Shown: one piece after another, positions 1-8,136 of the stretch | Position numbering within the stretch: position 1 is the first letter of the stretch | Layout: each line of letters starts with the position of its first letter | DNA from: Candidatus Firestoneibacteriota bacterium | GTDB lineage: Bacteria; Oederibacteriota; D2-FULL-39-29; CAIOVX01 | DNA length: 41,495 bases | Assembly: GCA_903915125.1 (NCBI GenBank) | Contig: CAIWRR010000064.1 | Span: forward strand, 1-41,495 | Reading direction: 5' to 3' | Notes under the pieces: model-generated | Databases searched by the model: none | What the model saw: the letters and a program-made list of their open reading frames with translations, nothing else | Told to the model about the DNA's origin: nothing | Translations under genes and position numbers: made by a program

Positions 1-13
1 ACACCTATAAAGA

Positions 14-43
14 GAAACTCCGGCCTTCAGGCCGCAGAGTTTC
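14..43. repeat. Imperfect hairpin GAAACTC-CGGCC-TTCA-GGCCG-CA-GAGTTTC
   Basis: Inverted repeat read directly. It loosely resembles IS200/IS605-type end hairpins (inference). Confidence 0.6.
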
Positions 44-62
44 ATAAGGTTTATAACGTAAA
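41..62 (+). repeat. 9-bp repeat array copy A (partial): TTCATAA-GGTTTATAA-CGTAAA
   Basis: Same unit and CGTAAA terminus as the copies at 5448, 9851, 9934 and 17847. Confidence 0.65.
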
Positions 63-78
63 GCAAAACAATAACGGA

Positions 79-2151
79 GTGATGATGAAAGACCTGCTGG
101 TTGAAATAGGTGTTGAGGAGATCCCCGCGGGGCAGCTGAAAGGCGCCTCTGAGCAGTTCGCGGGTGGTATCAGAAAAGCGCTTGCTGACGCAAGAATAGA
201 GTCCGGCGCTGTTGAAATATTTGCAACCCCGAGAAGGATTGGGGTCGTTTTTAAATCGGTTTCCGAGGGGCAAAAAGAAGCCGCGGCCGAAGTAATGGGG
301 CCTCCGAAACGCATTGCTTATGACGCTGACGGCAAGCCCACGCAGGCGGCGCTCGGTTTCGCGAAGACCAACGGAGTCGATATCGCGGAAGTAAGAATAA
401 AATCGCTTCCAAAAGGCGAGTATCTTTGTGTTATGAAGCTCGAGAAGGGGCAAAAGACGGAAGCCCTCCTGCCTGAAATTATCACAAAGCAGATAGCCTC
501 AATAAGCTGGGCGAAAACTATGAAATGGCACGGCGACGCGAGATTCGTGCGCCCTGTCCGCTCGCTGCTCTGTCTCTTCGGGAAGGAACTCCTGAGGGTT
601 GAATACTCTGATGTTATTTCCTCAAACAGGGTTTTTGGGCACAGAATCCTAAGCCCCAACCCGGCGCAGGTATCGGAACCGGAAAAATACAGGGATATTC
701 TGAAGAAGCTTTTCGTCACGGCGTCTTTTGAAGAGAGAAAGGCGCAGGTGCTTGAGGAAGTGAAAAAGGCGCTTGCCGGGATTCCCGGAAGGGCGCTCCT
801 TGACGAAGACCTGGTTGAAGAGATTACAAACCTTGTTGAGTTTCCCTCCGGAATACTCGGCTCATTCGACAGGAAATACCTTGAGCTTCCCGGAGAGCTG
901 CTGATAGAGGTTATGAAAAAGAATCAGAAGTATTTCCCGGTGCTGGATTCCTCGGGCCGGCTGCTTCCGTATTTTATCTGCATAAGAAACGGTTCAAGCC
1001 TGCACAATGAGATAGTCAAAGAAGGAAACGAAAGGGTCCTGCGCGCTAGGTTTGAGGACGCTGCCTTCTTTTTCAACGAGGATAAAAAGACCCGCCTCGG
1101 CGACAGGGCGGTGAAGCTGAAAAATGTGGTCTTCCAGGTAGAACTTGGAAGCCTTTACGAGAAGATAGAAAGGATTAAGGTCCTTTACGCAAAGGCCTCG
1201 GTGTCATTTCCCGGTTCAGATGCTCAAAAGGTGAACAGGGCGCTGGAACTCTGCAAGGCGGACCTGGTGACAGATATGATACGCGAGTTCCCTGAACTGC
1301 AGGGGATAATGGGCAGGGAGTACGCCAAGGTTGACGGCGAAGACGCTGAAGTTGCCTCGGCTATCGCGGAACATTACCTGCCAAAATTCTCGGGGGACGC
1401 TCTTCCTCAGACGGTTACCGGCAGAGTATTGAGCATACTTGACCGCATAGACACAATCAGCGGCTGCTTTGCCATCGGGCTGGTTCCGACCGGCTCGCAG
1501 GACCCTTACGGCCTCAGAAGAAGCACTCTCGGCGTTATAAATGAAATATTGAAGTTCAATCTGGACCTTTCCGTGAAGGAGCTTGTTAAATACTCGCTTG
1601 AGACTTACGGGAGTAAGTTGAAAGGCGACGCAGGCAAAATATGCAATGATATCCTGGAATTCTTTAAGGGCAGAATGGATGTAATCCTTCGGGAAAAGGG
1701 CCTGCGCTACGACCTTGTGAACGCCGTCCTCGCTACAGACTGCAGCAATATCACCGAGGCCTTTAAACGGGCCGGAGTGCTTGACGCGCTCGCCAAAGCG
1801 GAAGGTTTTAACAATACAATGGTGACTTTCTCGAGGGTCATTAATATTATTCCGAAAGATGGAAAGCCTGCGGCAGTTAAATCGGGGCTTTTTAAGGATG
1901 AGTCCGAGAAAAAGTTGTTTGAACTTGCTGTGGCGGCGGAGAAGGAATTCAAGCAGTTGACTGCCGGCGGGAAATACGCCGAAGCTTTTGCGCTTCTTAC
2001 AAAACTTGCTCCGGCGATAGACGAGTTCTTCACCGGCGTAATGGTGATGGACAAGGACCAGGAAGTCAAGGCGAACCGCCTCGCTCTGCTCGCGTTCATC
2101 AGTTCCATGTTCCTTCAAGTGGGAGATTTCTCGAAGATTAATACCAAGTAA
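79..2151 (+). CDS. glyS: Glycine--tRNA ligase beta subunit
   Basis: N-terminal DLLVEIGVEEIPA, TPRR, F(V)RPVR, KADLVTDMIREFPELQGIMG, PTGSQDPYGLRR and C-terminal NRLALL motifs. True start may be ATG 82 or 85 after GGAG. Confidence 0.97.
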   Translation: MMMKDLLVEIGVEEIPAGQLKGASEQFAGGIRKALADARIESGAVEIFATPRRIGVVFKSVSEGQKEAAAEVMGPPKRIAYDADGKPTQAALGFAKTNGVDIAEVRIKSLPKGEYLCVMKLEKGQKTEALLPEIITKQIASISWAKTMKWHGDARFVRPVRSLLCLFGKELLRVEYSDVISSNRVFGHRILSPNPAQVSEPEKYRDILKKLFVTASFEERKAQVLEEVKKALAGIPGRALLDEDLVEEITNLVEFPSGILGSFDRKYLELPGELLIEVMKKNQKYFPVLDSSGRLLPYFICIRNGSSLHNEIVKEGNERVLRARFEDAAFFFNEDKKTRLGDRAVKLKNVVFQVELGSLYEKIERIKVLYAKASVSFPGSDAQKVNRALELCKADLVTDMIREFPELQGIMGREYAKVDGEDAEVASAIAEHYLPKFSGDALPQTVTGRVLSILDRIDTISGCFAIGLVPTGSQDPYGLRRSTLGVINEILKFNLDLSVKELVKYSLETYGSKLKGDAGKICNDILEFFKGRMDVILREKGLRYDLVNAVLATDCSNITEAFKRAGVLDALAKAEGFNNTMVTFSRVINIIPKDGKPAAVKSGLFKDESEKKLFELAVAAEKEFKQLTAGGKYAEAFALLTKLAPAIDEFFTGVMVMDKDQEVKANRLALLAFISSMFLQVGDFSKINTK

Positions 2152-2162
2152 AATACGGAGTG

Positions 2163-2171
2163 TGCTATACT
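2163..2171 (+). promoter_or_regulatory. Extended -10 (TGcTATACT), probable leaderless promoter
   Basis: TATACT at 2166-2171 is 6 nt before ATG 2178, with no SD in between. Confidence 0.55.
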
Positions 2172-2177
2172 TAACCG

Positions 2178-2423
2178 ATGAAAATTCAATTCGACCATCC
2201 ATACGTAAAGCTTGCAACGCTGAAAGCGGTGGAGCGTTACGGAACCACGACAAATATCGAGGCCAACGAGCAGCTTCTGAAGAAGTTCGGCAAGACAATC
2301 TGGAGAAAAAAACAGATAGAAGCCATCCATAAGGCGTTCGGCGTTAGTTTTGACAAGAACGACATAACGATGAACCTTGCGGCGGCCCTTGCAGCCCTCG
2401 AAATACTTAAAAAGGAAAAATAA
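2178..2423 (+). CDS. Small hypothetical protein (81 aa)
   Basis: Fills the gap between glyS and the HAD gene, is co-directional, and has a promoter-like -10 immediately upstream. Confidence 0.75.
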   Translation: MKIQFDHPYVKLATLKAVERYGTTTNIEANEQLLKKFGKTIWRKKQIEAIHKAFGVSFDKNDITMNLAAALAALEILKKEK

Positions 2424-2429
2424 CCGCCG

Positions 2430-3110
2430 ATGAAACTAGTGATCTTTGATGTTGATAACACCCTTACCAATACAGGCAGGGCCGACCAGGATTGTTTCCT
2501 GCAGGCCGTAAACTATGTTTTTAACATAAAAGACATAGATACCGACTGGTCTCACTACAAGAATGTAACCGCCATTTCAATTCTGGATCAAATACTCCGC
2601 GCGAAGTCAGGGAAAGTCCCCAGGAAAAGAGAGATTTCGGATATGCGCGACGCGTTCCTGTCAAACCTGAAAGAAAAGTCAAAAAAGCGGCCGGGAGAGT
2701 TCTCGGAAGTGCCGGGCGCTTCAAATATGATGACGGAACTTCTCAGGAAGAGCGAATTTGCTTCCGCTATCGCGACGGGAAGTTTCGCGGACGGGGCGGC
2801 GTTTAAGCTTGAATTCGCAAAAATACCCTACAAGAAATATTGCATCGCTTCAGGCGCGGAATGTTTTACCCGGGAAGAGTTGATAGATATAGCAGTGACG
2901 AAGGCAAAGTCTGTTTACGGCGTCTCGAACTTTGAAAGCGTAATCAGCGTCGGCGACGGCATCTGGGACCTTAAGACCGCTTCGAATATCGGCATGCCCT
3001 TTGTCGGGGTGGGTAACAAGCAGGTGCTTGAACAGAACGGGGTGAAGTACTGGGTCAACGATTACCGCGACCTGCCGGGTTTCTTCAGTATGCTGGCTGG
3101 CGCTGTTTAG
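2430..3110 (+). CDS. HAD-superfamily hydrolase (phosphoglycolate phosphatase-like)
   Basis: Motif I FDVDNTLT, motif II ATGS, motif IV VGDGIWD. Confidence 0.9.
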   Translation: MKLVIFDVDNTLTNTGRADQDCFLQAVNYVFNIKDIDTDWSHYKNVTAISILDQILRAKSGKVPRKREISDMRDAFLSNLKEKSKKRPGEFSEVPGASNMMTELLRKSEFASAIATGSFADGAAFKLEFAKIPYKKYCIASGAECFTREELIDIAVTKAKSVYGVSNFESVISVGDGIWDLKTASNIGMPFVGVGNKQVLEQNGVKYWVNDYRDLPGFFSMLAGAV

Positions 3111-3523
3111 GAGATTTTCTTTTGCAGGACAAGCAGATCTGTTCTTGTGCCCCAGCCGGACTTCTTCCAGAACTTTCTTCCGCTGATATTACTTTTGTAT
3201 ACGAAAATATTGCATTTTGCTATTTCCAGCGCGTTTAAACCGTAGAGGCAGGCGTTAACCAGGCTTGTTCCTATACCTTTGCTTCTGAAATCCGGAGCCA
3301 CGGCGAGATGATGAATATAACCTCTTCTGCCGTCGTGCCCGCATAACACCGCGCCTATGATTCTTTTCTCCGACACGGCCACAAACGAAAGGCCGGGATT
3401 CCTTTTTAAATAAGAGTTTATCTCTTTCTTGTTGTCGCCGTCTCCGGTTCCTATGCCTTTTGTGTTGCTCCAGAGCGCAACCACTTGAGCATGGTCTTTA
3501 ATGGTCATTATTCTGATTAACAT
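3107..3523 (-). CDS. GNAT acetyltransferase (YpeA-like)
   Basis: GHDGRRGYIHHLAV and RSKGIG acetyl-CoA motif. Start moved to ATG 3523 because GGAGGA precedes it. Confidence 0.9.
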   Translation of the reverse strand: MLIRIMTIKDHAQVVALWSNTKGIGTGDGDNKKEINSYLKRNPGLSFVAVSEKRIIGAVLCGHDGRRGYIHHLAVAPDFRSKGIGTSLVNACLYGLNALEIAKCNIFVYKSNISGRKFWKKSGWGTRTDLLVLQKKIS

Positions 3524-3612
3524 GCTGGAATCCTCCATTATTTTGAAGTCTCTTTATGATATTATACATTATTGTGACCGTCCTGTAAAAGGCTAGGCCA
3601 ACTAGAGGTGGT

Positions 3613-4386
3613 ATGAAAAATAATTCTGTTTTTGACCAGTCGCCGTATACTTGCAGGATGGATTGGGGAATTCACGGCGCAATATCTGCCGCGGACAGGG
3701 GCGATATTATTATAATTGTTGATGTATTGAGCTTCTCTTCGGCGGTTGCCGCGGCAGTTCATCACGGTGCGGTAATCTACCCTTTCCCGATGTCAGGCAA
3801 AATAGCGGATTTTGGCAGGGCGACGGGCGCTAAAGTTCTGAAGGGAAAGAGAGAGGCAAAGCTGTCCGGGGAGCCGTCACTCTCGCCTGTTTCGTTCAAC
3901 AGGGCCTGTAAAGGAAAGAAATATGTTATGTCTTCTTTGAACGGCGCGGCTTGCGCGAAGGCCTCCGCAAAAGTTCCGGCTCTTTTTGCAGGGTCTCTTC
4001 TGAACGCGAGAAAGACCGCAAAGGCGGCGGAAAGCGTAAGGGAAAAAACTAAATCGAGTATCACCGTTATTGCCTGCGGAGAAAGAATAAACGGAAGCCC
4101 TGAACTTCGCCCGTGCATTGAGGATTATCTTGGCGCCGGAGCCATCCTAAATGAACTTTCCGGAAGTAAATCCCCGGAAGCCGGCGTCTGCTCAGGCGCT
4201 TTTGAAAATGCAAGTTCAAAACTTGAGCAGTTAGTAGGCGATTGCGCCAGCGGCAGAGAATTGAAGGCGGCCGGATTTGGAAAGGATGTATTGTTCGCGG
4301 CGAGACTCAATGTCATAAGAGAAGTGCCCGTACTTATCCAGGACGACCTGCATAAACCATACTTCAAGGCATATTCTTCTGAATGA
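3613..4386 (+). CDS. comB: 2-phosphosulfolactate phosphatase (ComB) family protein
   Basis: IVDVLSFSS, SLSP, SLNGA, ACGE, RPCIEDYLGAGAI, SGREL motifs. Confidence 0.85.
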   Translation: MKNNSVFDQSPYTCRMDWGIHGAISAADRGDIIIIVDVLSFSSAVAAAVHHGAVIYPFPMSGKIADFGRATGAKVLKGKREAKLSGEPSLSPVSFNRACKGKKYVMSSLNGAACAKASAKVPALFAGSLLNARKTAKAAESVREKTKSSITVIACGERINGSPELRPCIEDYLGAGAILNELSGSKSPEAGVCSGAFENASSKLEQLVGDCASGRELKAAGFGKDVLFAARLNVIREVPVLIQDDLHKPYFKAYSSE

Positions 4387-4460
4387 AAAACTCCGGTCTC
4401 CGGGGGATATATAATGAGCGAAATTATTTTAAAATAGGGAATAAACCCTAAAACACTTAA

Positions 4461-5408
4461 TTGAAATTACAGGGAGCCGCTAAAGTGCCGCAAACGGAAA
4501 GAAACATAAGAAAAGGGAAGCTATATGGCGTTATTGCTGCTTTAACCTGGGTCACAATCTGGCCGCTCTCGAAGATAATAACCAGGGATTACCCTTCAAT
4601 AGACCAGTTTTTTATTGCGTTCGTCAGGTTTTTTTCAGCGGCCCTCGCGATATTTTGCATCTTTCTGATAAAGAAAGAAAGGTCATTCCTTTCGACCGTA
4701 AAAAACCACTGGCGGCTTGCGCTGCTTCTCGGTTTTTTTGGCATTTTTGGCATGGGTTCGCTGGTATTTTTCTCAATCAAATATACCAGTTCGGTGAACT
4801 CCGCGCTGCTGATGAATTCCAACGCCATGTTCATAATAGTATTCTCCGTGTTTATCGGGGAGAAGATCACGCCTGCCAAAGGAATCGGCGCGCTGCTCGG
4901 GGCTTTCGGATGCTACCTGATAATCAATAACGGTTTTGGCCTCAAGCTGTTTTCCAGCGCGACCTTGAAAGGAGACCTGCTCGCGCTGGGAGCCGCGGTT
5001 TGTTGGGCAATATATACGGTTGTAGGCAGGGCCAGGGTTAAGAATGTAAATTCCACTCATATTTCCGCTCTGAACTTCTTCTTTGGCTCGCTGATGATAC
5101 TGGCGCTTACCTTTATACTTGGCGTACCGGCAACGGGCATATTCCAGCCGGTGCCTTTTTCAATGATGCTCTACATCGGCCTGATACCAACGGCCTATGG
5201 TTTTACCATCTGGTATTACGCGCTGGAGCATGTTGAAGCCGGCGCGCTCGGGCTTTACCAGTTCCTGGTACCGCTTCTAACAGCCATCATAGGCGTCTTA
5301 TTCCTTAATGAAACCTTCACTGTTTTTACTTTTTTCGGAATGGTTGCAATATTGTCGGGAATAATTCTTACCGGAATTATCGGCGGAGAAAAACCCGCGG
5401 GTGATTAG
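4461..5408 (+). CDS. DMT/EamA family transporter
   Basis: About 10 hydrophobic segments in two EamA-like halves; GDLLAL..A.CWA.Y motif. Start uncertain (GTG near 4484 possible). Confidence 0.88.
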   Translation: MKLQGAAKVPQTERNIRKGKLYGVIAALTWVTIWPLSKIITRDYPSIDQFFIAFVRFFSAALAIFCIFLIKKERSFLSTVKNHWRLALLLGFFGIFGMGSLVFFSIKYTSSVNSALLMNSNAMFIIVFSVFIGEKITPAKGIGALLGAFGCYLIINNGFGLKLFSSATLKGDLLALGAAVCWAIYTVVGRARVKNVNSTHISALNFFFGSLMILALTFILGVPATGIFQPVPFSMMLYIGLIPTAYGFTIWYYALEHVEAGALGLYQFLVPLLTAIIGVLFLNETFTVFTFFGMVAILSGIILTGIIGGEKPAGD

Positions 5409-5418
5409 AGTTATAATG

Positions 5419-5446
5419 AAAAGGCCCCGGTCTCCCGGGGCCTTTT
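5419..5446. terminator. Bidirectional intrinsic terminator
   Basis: AAAAGGCCCCGG-TCTC-CCGGGGCCTTTT between convergent EamA and fba genes. Confidence 0.85.
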
Positions 5447-5447
5447 G

Positions 5448-5480
5448 TTTACGTTAAGAACGTTACAAACGTTATGAACG
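5448..5480 (-). repeat. 9-bp repeat array copy B: CGTTCATAA-CGTTTGTAA-CGTTCTTAA-CGTAAA
   Basis: Begins 1 nt after the fba stop codon and ends at the terminator. Confidence 0.9.
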
Positions 5481-5481
5481 C

Positions 5482-6390
5482 TTATTCGTGATGTTTAATC
5501 TCAGACGCCGTAATTCCGCTCTTCGCCCCTGCTATAATTCCCTTTCCCTTGCAGCCGAAGTAGCCGATATATTCCCTTACTCTGTCCTTAACCGCGTTCT
5601 TGCCCGGGAGGAGGATCTTTCTCATATCTTTTTCCGCGGGGTTCTTGTTGTAGGTCGCGCCGACTGCTTCGACGAAGGAAACGGAAAGCTGGGTCGCCAC
5701 ATTAATCTTGCAGAGGCCGTTCGCGATGCCTTCTATTATTGAAGCCGGGTCAACGCCGGACGAGCCGTGAAGCACCAGTGGTATATTTACGACCTGGCGA
5801 ATTCTCTTAAGCCTCGGTATATCAAGCTTCGCGGTTCTGTCCTTCATTGCATGGACTGAGCCGATCGCGACTGCGAGGGAGTCTATCTTGGTGAGTTCAA
5901 TGAATTTTACCGCTTCATCCGGCTGGGTCATTGCTTTTTCAACCTGTTCAGGAGATACTTTGTCGGCTGACTGGAGCACTTTGCCGAGTTCCGCTTCCAC
6001 AGGGATGCCGCAGGCGTGGGACATTTCCGTGATCTTCGCCGTCATCTTTACGTTCTCTTCGAAGGAGAGCGCCGAGCCGTCGAACATAAGGGAAGTGAAG
6101 CCGGCCCTTAAACACCTTACATTCTGCAGGTAATCAGTGCCATGGTCAAGGTGAAGGATTACCGGGACCGATGCGAGTTCCGCGGCCGCTTTTACTATTG
6201 CGGTCGACATTTCAAGGCCCGCGTATTTTATCGCGCCCTGGCTTACCTGGATGATCACAGGCGCTTTTTCTTCTTCCGCTGTCTCTATGATAGCTTCCAC
6301 GAACTCCATATTGTTCGCGTTAAACGCGCCGATAGCGAATTTCTCCGCCTGCGCTTTGAGCAACCATTCCTTGCTGTTTACTAACGGCAT
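5482..6390 (-). CDS. fba: Class II fructose-1,6-bisphosphate aldolase
   Basis: GAFNANN, HLDHG, FTSLMFDGS, VEAELG, LVLHGSSG, KINVAT; AGGAGG SD. Confidence 0.93.
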   Translation of the reverse strand: MPLVNSKEWLLKAQAEKFAIGAFNANNMEFVEAIIETAEEEKAPVIIQVSQGAIKYAGLEMSTAIVKAAAELASVPVILHLDHGTDYLQNVRCLRAGFTSLMFDGSALSFEENVKMTAKITEMSHACGIPVEAELGKVLQSADKVSPEQVEKAMTQPDEAVKFIELTKIDSLAVAIGSVHAMKDRTAKLDIPRLKRIRQVVNIPLVLHGSSGVDPASIIEGIANGLCKINVATQLSVSFVEAVGATYNKNPAEKDMRKILLPGKNAVKDRVREYIGYFGCKGKGIIAGAKSGITASEIKHHE

Positions 6391-6431
6391 ACTTGCCTCC
6401 TAAAAAAGAATTTAGATACCTTTGTTTGGCC

Positions 6432-6458
6432 AAAAAAAAGCCCCCTTACGGAGGCTTT
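6432..6458 (-). terminator. Intrinsic terminator after ndk
   Basis: Minus strand reads AAAGCCTCC-GTAA-GGGGGC followed by T8. Confidence 0.7.
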
Positions 6459-6490
6459 AGTTCGCTGTTTGAGGAACAGAAAAGTTAAGC

Positions 6491-6994
6491 CTACGCCCAG
6501 ACCTTCATCGTGACATCCTTAAAGGTAGCCACTTTGGAGGCATAAACGTCAACTATGACGTCTTCGGGTTTAAACCAGAGTTTTATCTCGCGTTCCGCGT
6601 CTGTTTCGTCGGAGGAAGCGTGAATGACATTTTCGTAAACGCCTTTAGTGGTGATTCTGCCGTAGGCGCCTCTGATTGATACCGGGTCGGCTTCTTCAGG
6701 ATTGGTCGCTCCCGCAATTTCTCTGACTTTCTTGATGGCATCTTTGCCCCAATAGACCATTGCGAGCACTTTATGCCTGTCGTGATATTCGCCGAGGAGG
6801 TATTTGATAACATCATCGAAGAAAGGTTTATCTTTGAGATGCCGGTAGTGTTCCGCGGCGAGCTCCCTGTTGACCTTAACCACTTTCGCGGCTATGATCT
6901 CAAGTTTTGTTTCTGAAAGCCTGGTGAGGATGTTCCCGGTCAGGGATTTCTTCAGTCCGTCGGGTTTAACTATTACAAGGGTTGATTGGCTCAT
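6491..6994 (-). CDS. ndk: Nucleoside-diphosphate kinase
   Basis: TLVIVKPDG, GATNP..A.P.SIRG, catalytic NVIHASS, AEREIKLWF. Confidence 0.95.
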   Translation of the reverse strand: MSQSTLVIVKPDGLKKSLTGNILTRLSETKLEIIAAKVVKVNRELAAEHYRHLKDKPFFDDVIKYLLGEYHDRHKVLAMVYWGKDAIKKVREIAGATNPEEADPVSIRGAYGRITTKGVYENVIHASSDETDAEREIKLWFKPEDVIVDVYASKVATFKDVTMKVWA

Positions 6995-7000
6995 AGGTTA

Positions 7001-7031
7001 ATCTTATAACATACGGCTTTTCCTAAGTCAA
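7001..7031 (-). promoter_or_regulatory. Sigma70-like promoter for ndk, possibly leaderless
   Basis: TTGACT (7031-7026) and TAAGAT (7006-7001) 6 nt before ATG; no SD. Spacer is 19 nt, or 17 nt to the alternative TATAAG. Confidence 0.45.
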
Positions 7032-7068
7032 CGGGAAATCTGCCGAAGAGGCAACCCAATATTTTTGG

Positions 7069-7097
7069 TTGACTTTAGCGCCGGGAAGTAATACTTT
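7069..7097 (+). promoter_or_regulatory. Sigma70-like promoter for the glutaredoxin cluster
   Basis: TTGACT-17 nt-TACTTT upstream of a GGAGG SD. Confidence 0.5.
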
Positions 7098-7124
7098 TGT
7101 TATATAGCAAAACGGAGGTTGTTT

Positions 7125-7406
7125 ATGAATATTGTCCACGTTGCCGGTGAGAATAAAGGTAAGGTGATGATTTACGCTCTTTCCACCTGTATCTGGTGCC
7201 GCAAGACTAAACAGCTTCTGAAGGACAAGAAAGTCGCTTTTGATTACTGTGATGTGGATCTTGAAGAGGGCGCTGAGAAAGAGGCCGCGCAGAAAGCAAT
7301 AAAGAAATGGAATCCCTCGGTATCTTTTCCCACACTTGTTATTGATAATCATGACGCCGTGCTTGGCTACCAACCTGACGAAATACAGGAGAAGCTGGGG
7401 CTATGA
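7125..7406 (+). CDS. Glutaredoxin-like (NrdH-redoxin) protein
   Basis: YALSTCIWCRKTK CxxC motif and SFPTLVI cis-Pro motif; ATG 7125 after GGAGG. Confidence 0.92.
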   Translation: MNIVHVAGENKGKVMIYALSTCIWCRKTKQLLKDKKVAFDYCDVDLEEGAEKEAAQKAIKKWNPSVSFPTLVIDNHDAVLGYQPDEIQEKLGL

Positions 7407-7912
7407 CAGAAGAAGAGAAGGCTCTTGAGGCTGAAGCAGGCAGAGTTTATACGAAAATAAAGAAAGACGCTGAAGCAAACGGCTATCATTTGAACCCTGA
7501 TGCGCAGTTTGCAGGGGACCTTGTACGCGGTTTGCTCATTAATGAAAAGAGGTATGGCTACGCTGCCTGTCCGTGCAGGCTTGCTTCAGGCGTCAAGAAG
7601 GAAGATCTCGACATCATTTGTCCCTGTGATTACAGGGATGCGGATCTGGCAGCGCACGAAGCCTGTTATTGCGCGCTTTATGTGTCCGGCGGAATAAGCG
7701 CCGGCAAGGGAACGGCGAAAGCAATTCCTGACAGAAGGCCTCCCAAAGAAGCTCGCGCCGGGGTAAAGACAAAACCGGTTTTGGACAGGCAGTTGCCATC
7801 AATGCCGATTTGGCGCTGCAAAGTGTGCGGCTACCTTTGCGCCAGAGAACAACCGCCGGAAATATGCCCGATATGTAAAGCCGGAAAAGAACGGTTTGAG
7901 GTTTTTGCCTGA
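7403..7912 (+). CDS. Ferredoxin-thioredoxin reductase catalytic domain fused to a rubredoxin-like domain (ferredoxin:glutaredoxin/disulfide reductase type)
   Basis: CPC, CPCDY, CYC motifs plus C-terminal WRCKVCGY...CPIC; ATGA overlap with the glutaredoxin gene. Confidence 0.92.
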   Translation: MTEEEKALEAEAGRVYTKIKKDAEANGYHLNPDAQFAGDLVRGLLINEKRYGYAACPCRLASGVKKEDLDIICPCDYRDADLAAHEACYCALYVSGGISAGKGTAKAIPDRRPPKEARAGVKTKPVLDRQLPSMPIWRCKVCGYLCAREQPPEICPICKAGKERFEVFA

Positions 7913-7914
7913 TT

Positions 7915-8079
7915 ATGAATATATCTGATTTCTGCGTTGATTGTTGGTGCTGCAAGAAAGCCCGCGAGAAGCGGGGAAGTTTCTGGTATGGCTTTGTGAA
8001 ATTTATATATCATTCCCTCTGGTGTCCTTACTGCAAGGCTTACGAAAAGGAAACCGGCAAGAAACCCTACGAGAGCTAA
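7915..8079 (+). CDS. Small Cys-rich protein, 54 aa, absent from the ORF track: MNISDFCVDCWCCKKAREKRGSFWYGFVKFIYHSLWCPYCKAYEKETGKKPYES
   Basis: ATG 2 nt after the FTR stop; CxxC(x)CC and CPYC motifs; fills the intergenic gap. Confidence 0.8.
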   Translation: MNISDFCVDCWCCKKAREKRGSFWYGFVKFIYHSLWCPYCKAYEKETGKKPYES

Positions 8080-8136
8080 ATTTCAGCGGCAGGAAACCGG
8101 TCAATGGGTTTCGCCCTGATAAATCATGGAGGAAGC

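Noticed and set aside
1216-2298. 360-aa antisense ORF over glyS, and similar long antisense ORFs at 8389-9333, 11844-12563 and 19347-20474
   Set aside because: They lie opposite well-supported genes and have no motifs; they are shadow ORFs.
4391-4406. CTCCGG-TCT-CCGGGG hairpin after comB, similar to the terminator core at 5425
   Set aside because: Short stem without a U-tract; the similarity may be chance.
7125-7912. Selenocysteine recoding in the redox genes
   Set aside because: All catalytic positions are Cys codons; the TGA codons are ordinary stops at expected protein ends.
8084-8118. Imperfect hairpin upstream of pfp as a riboswitch or terminator
   Set aside because: Short, bulged, no U-tract and no recognisable riboswitch consensus.
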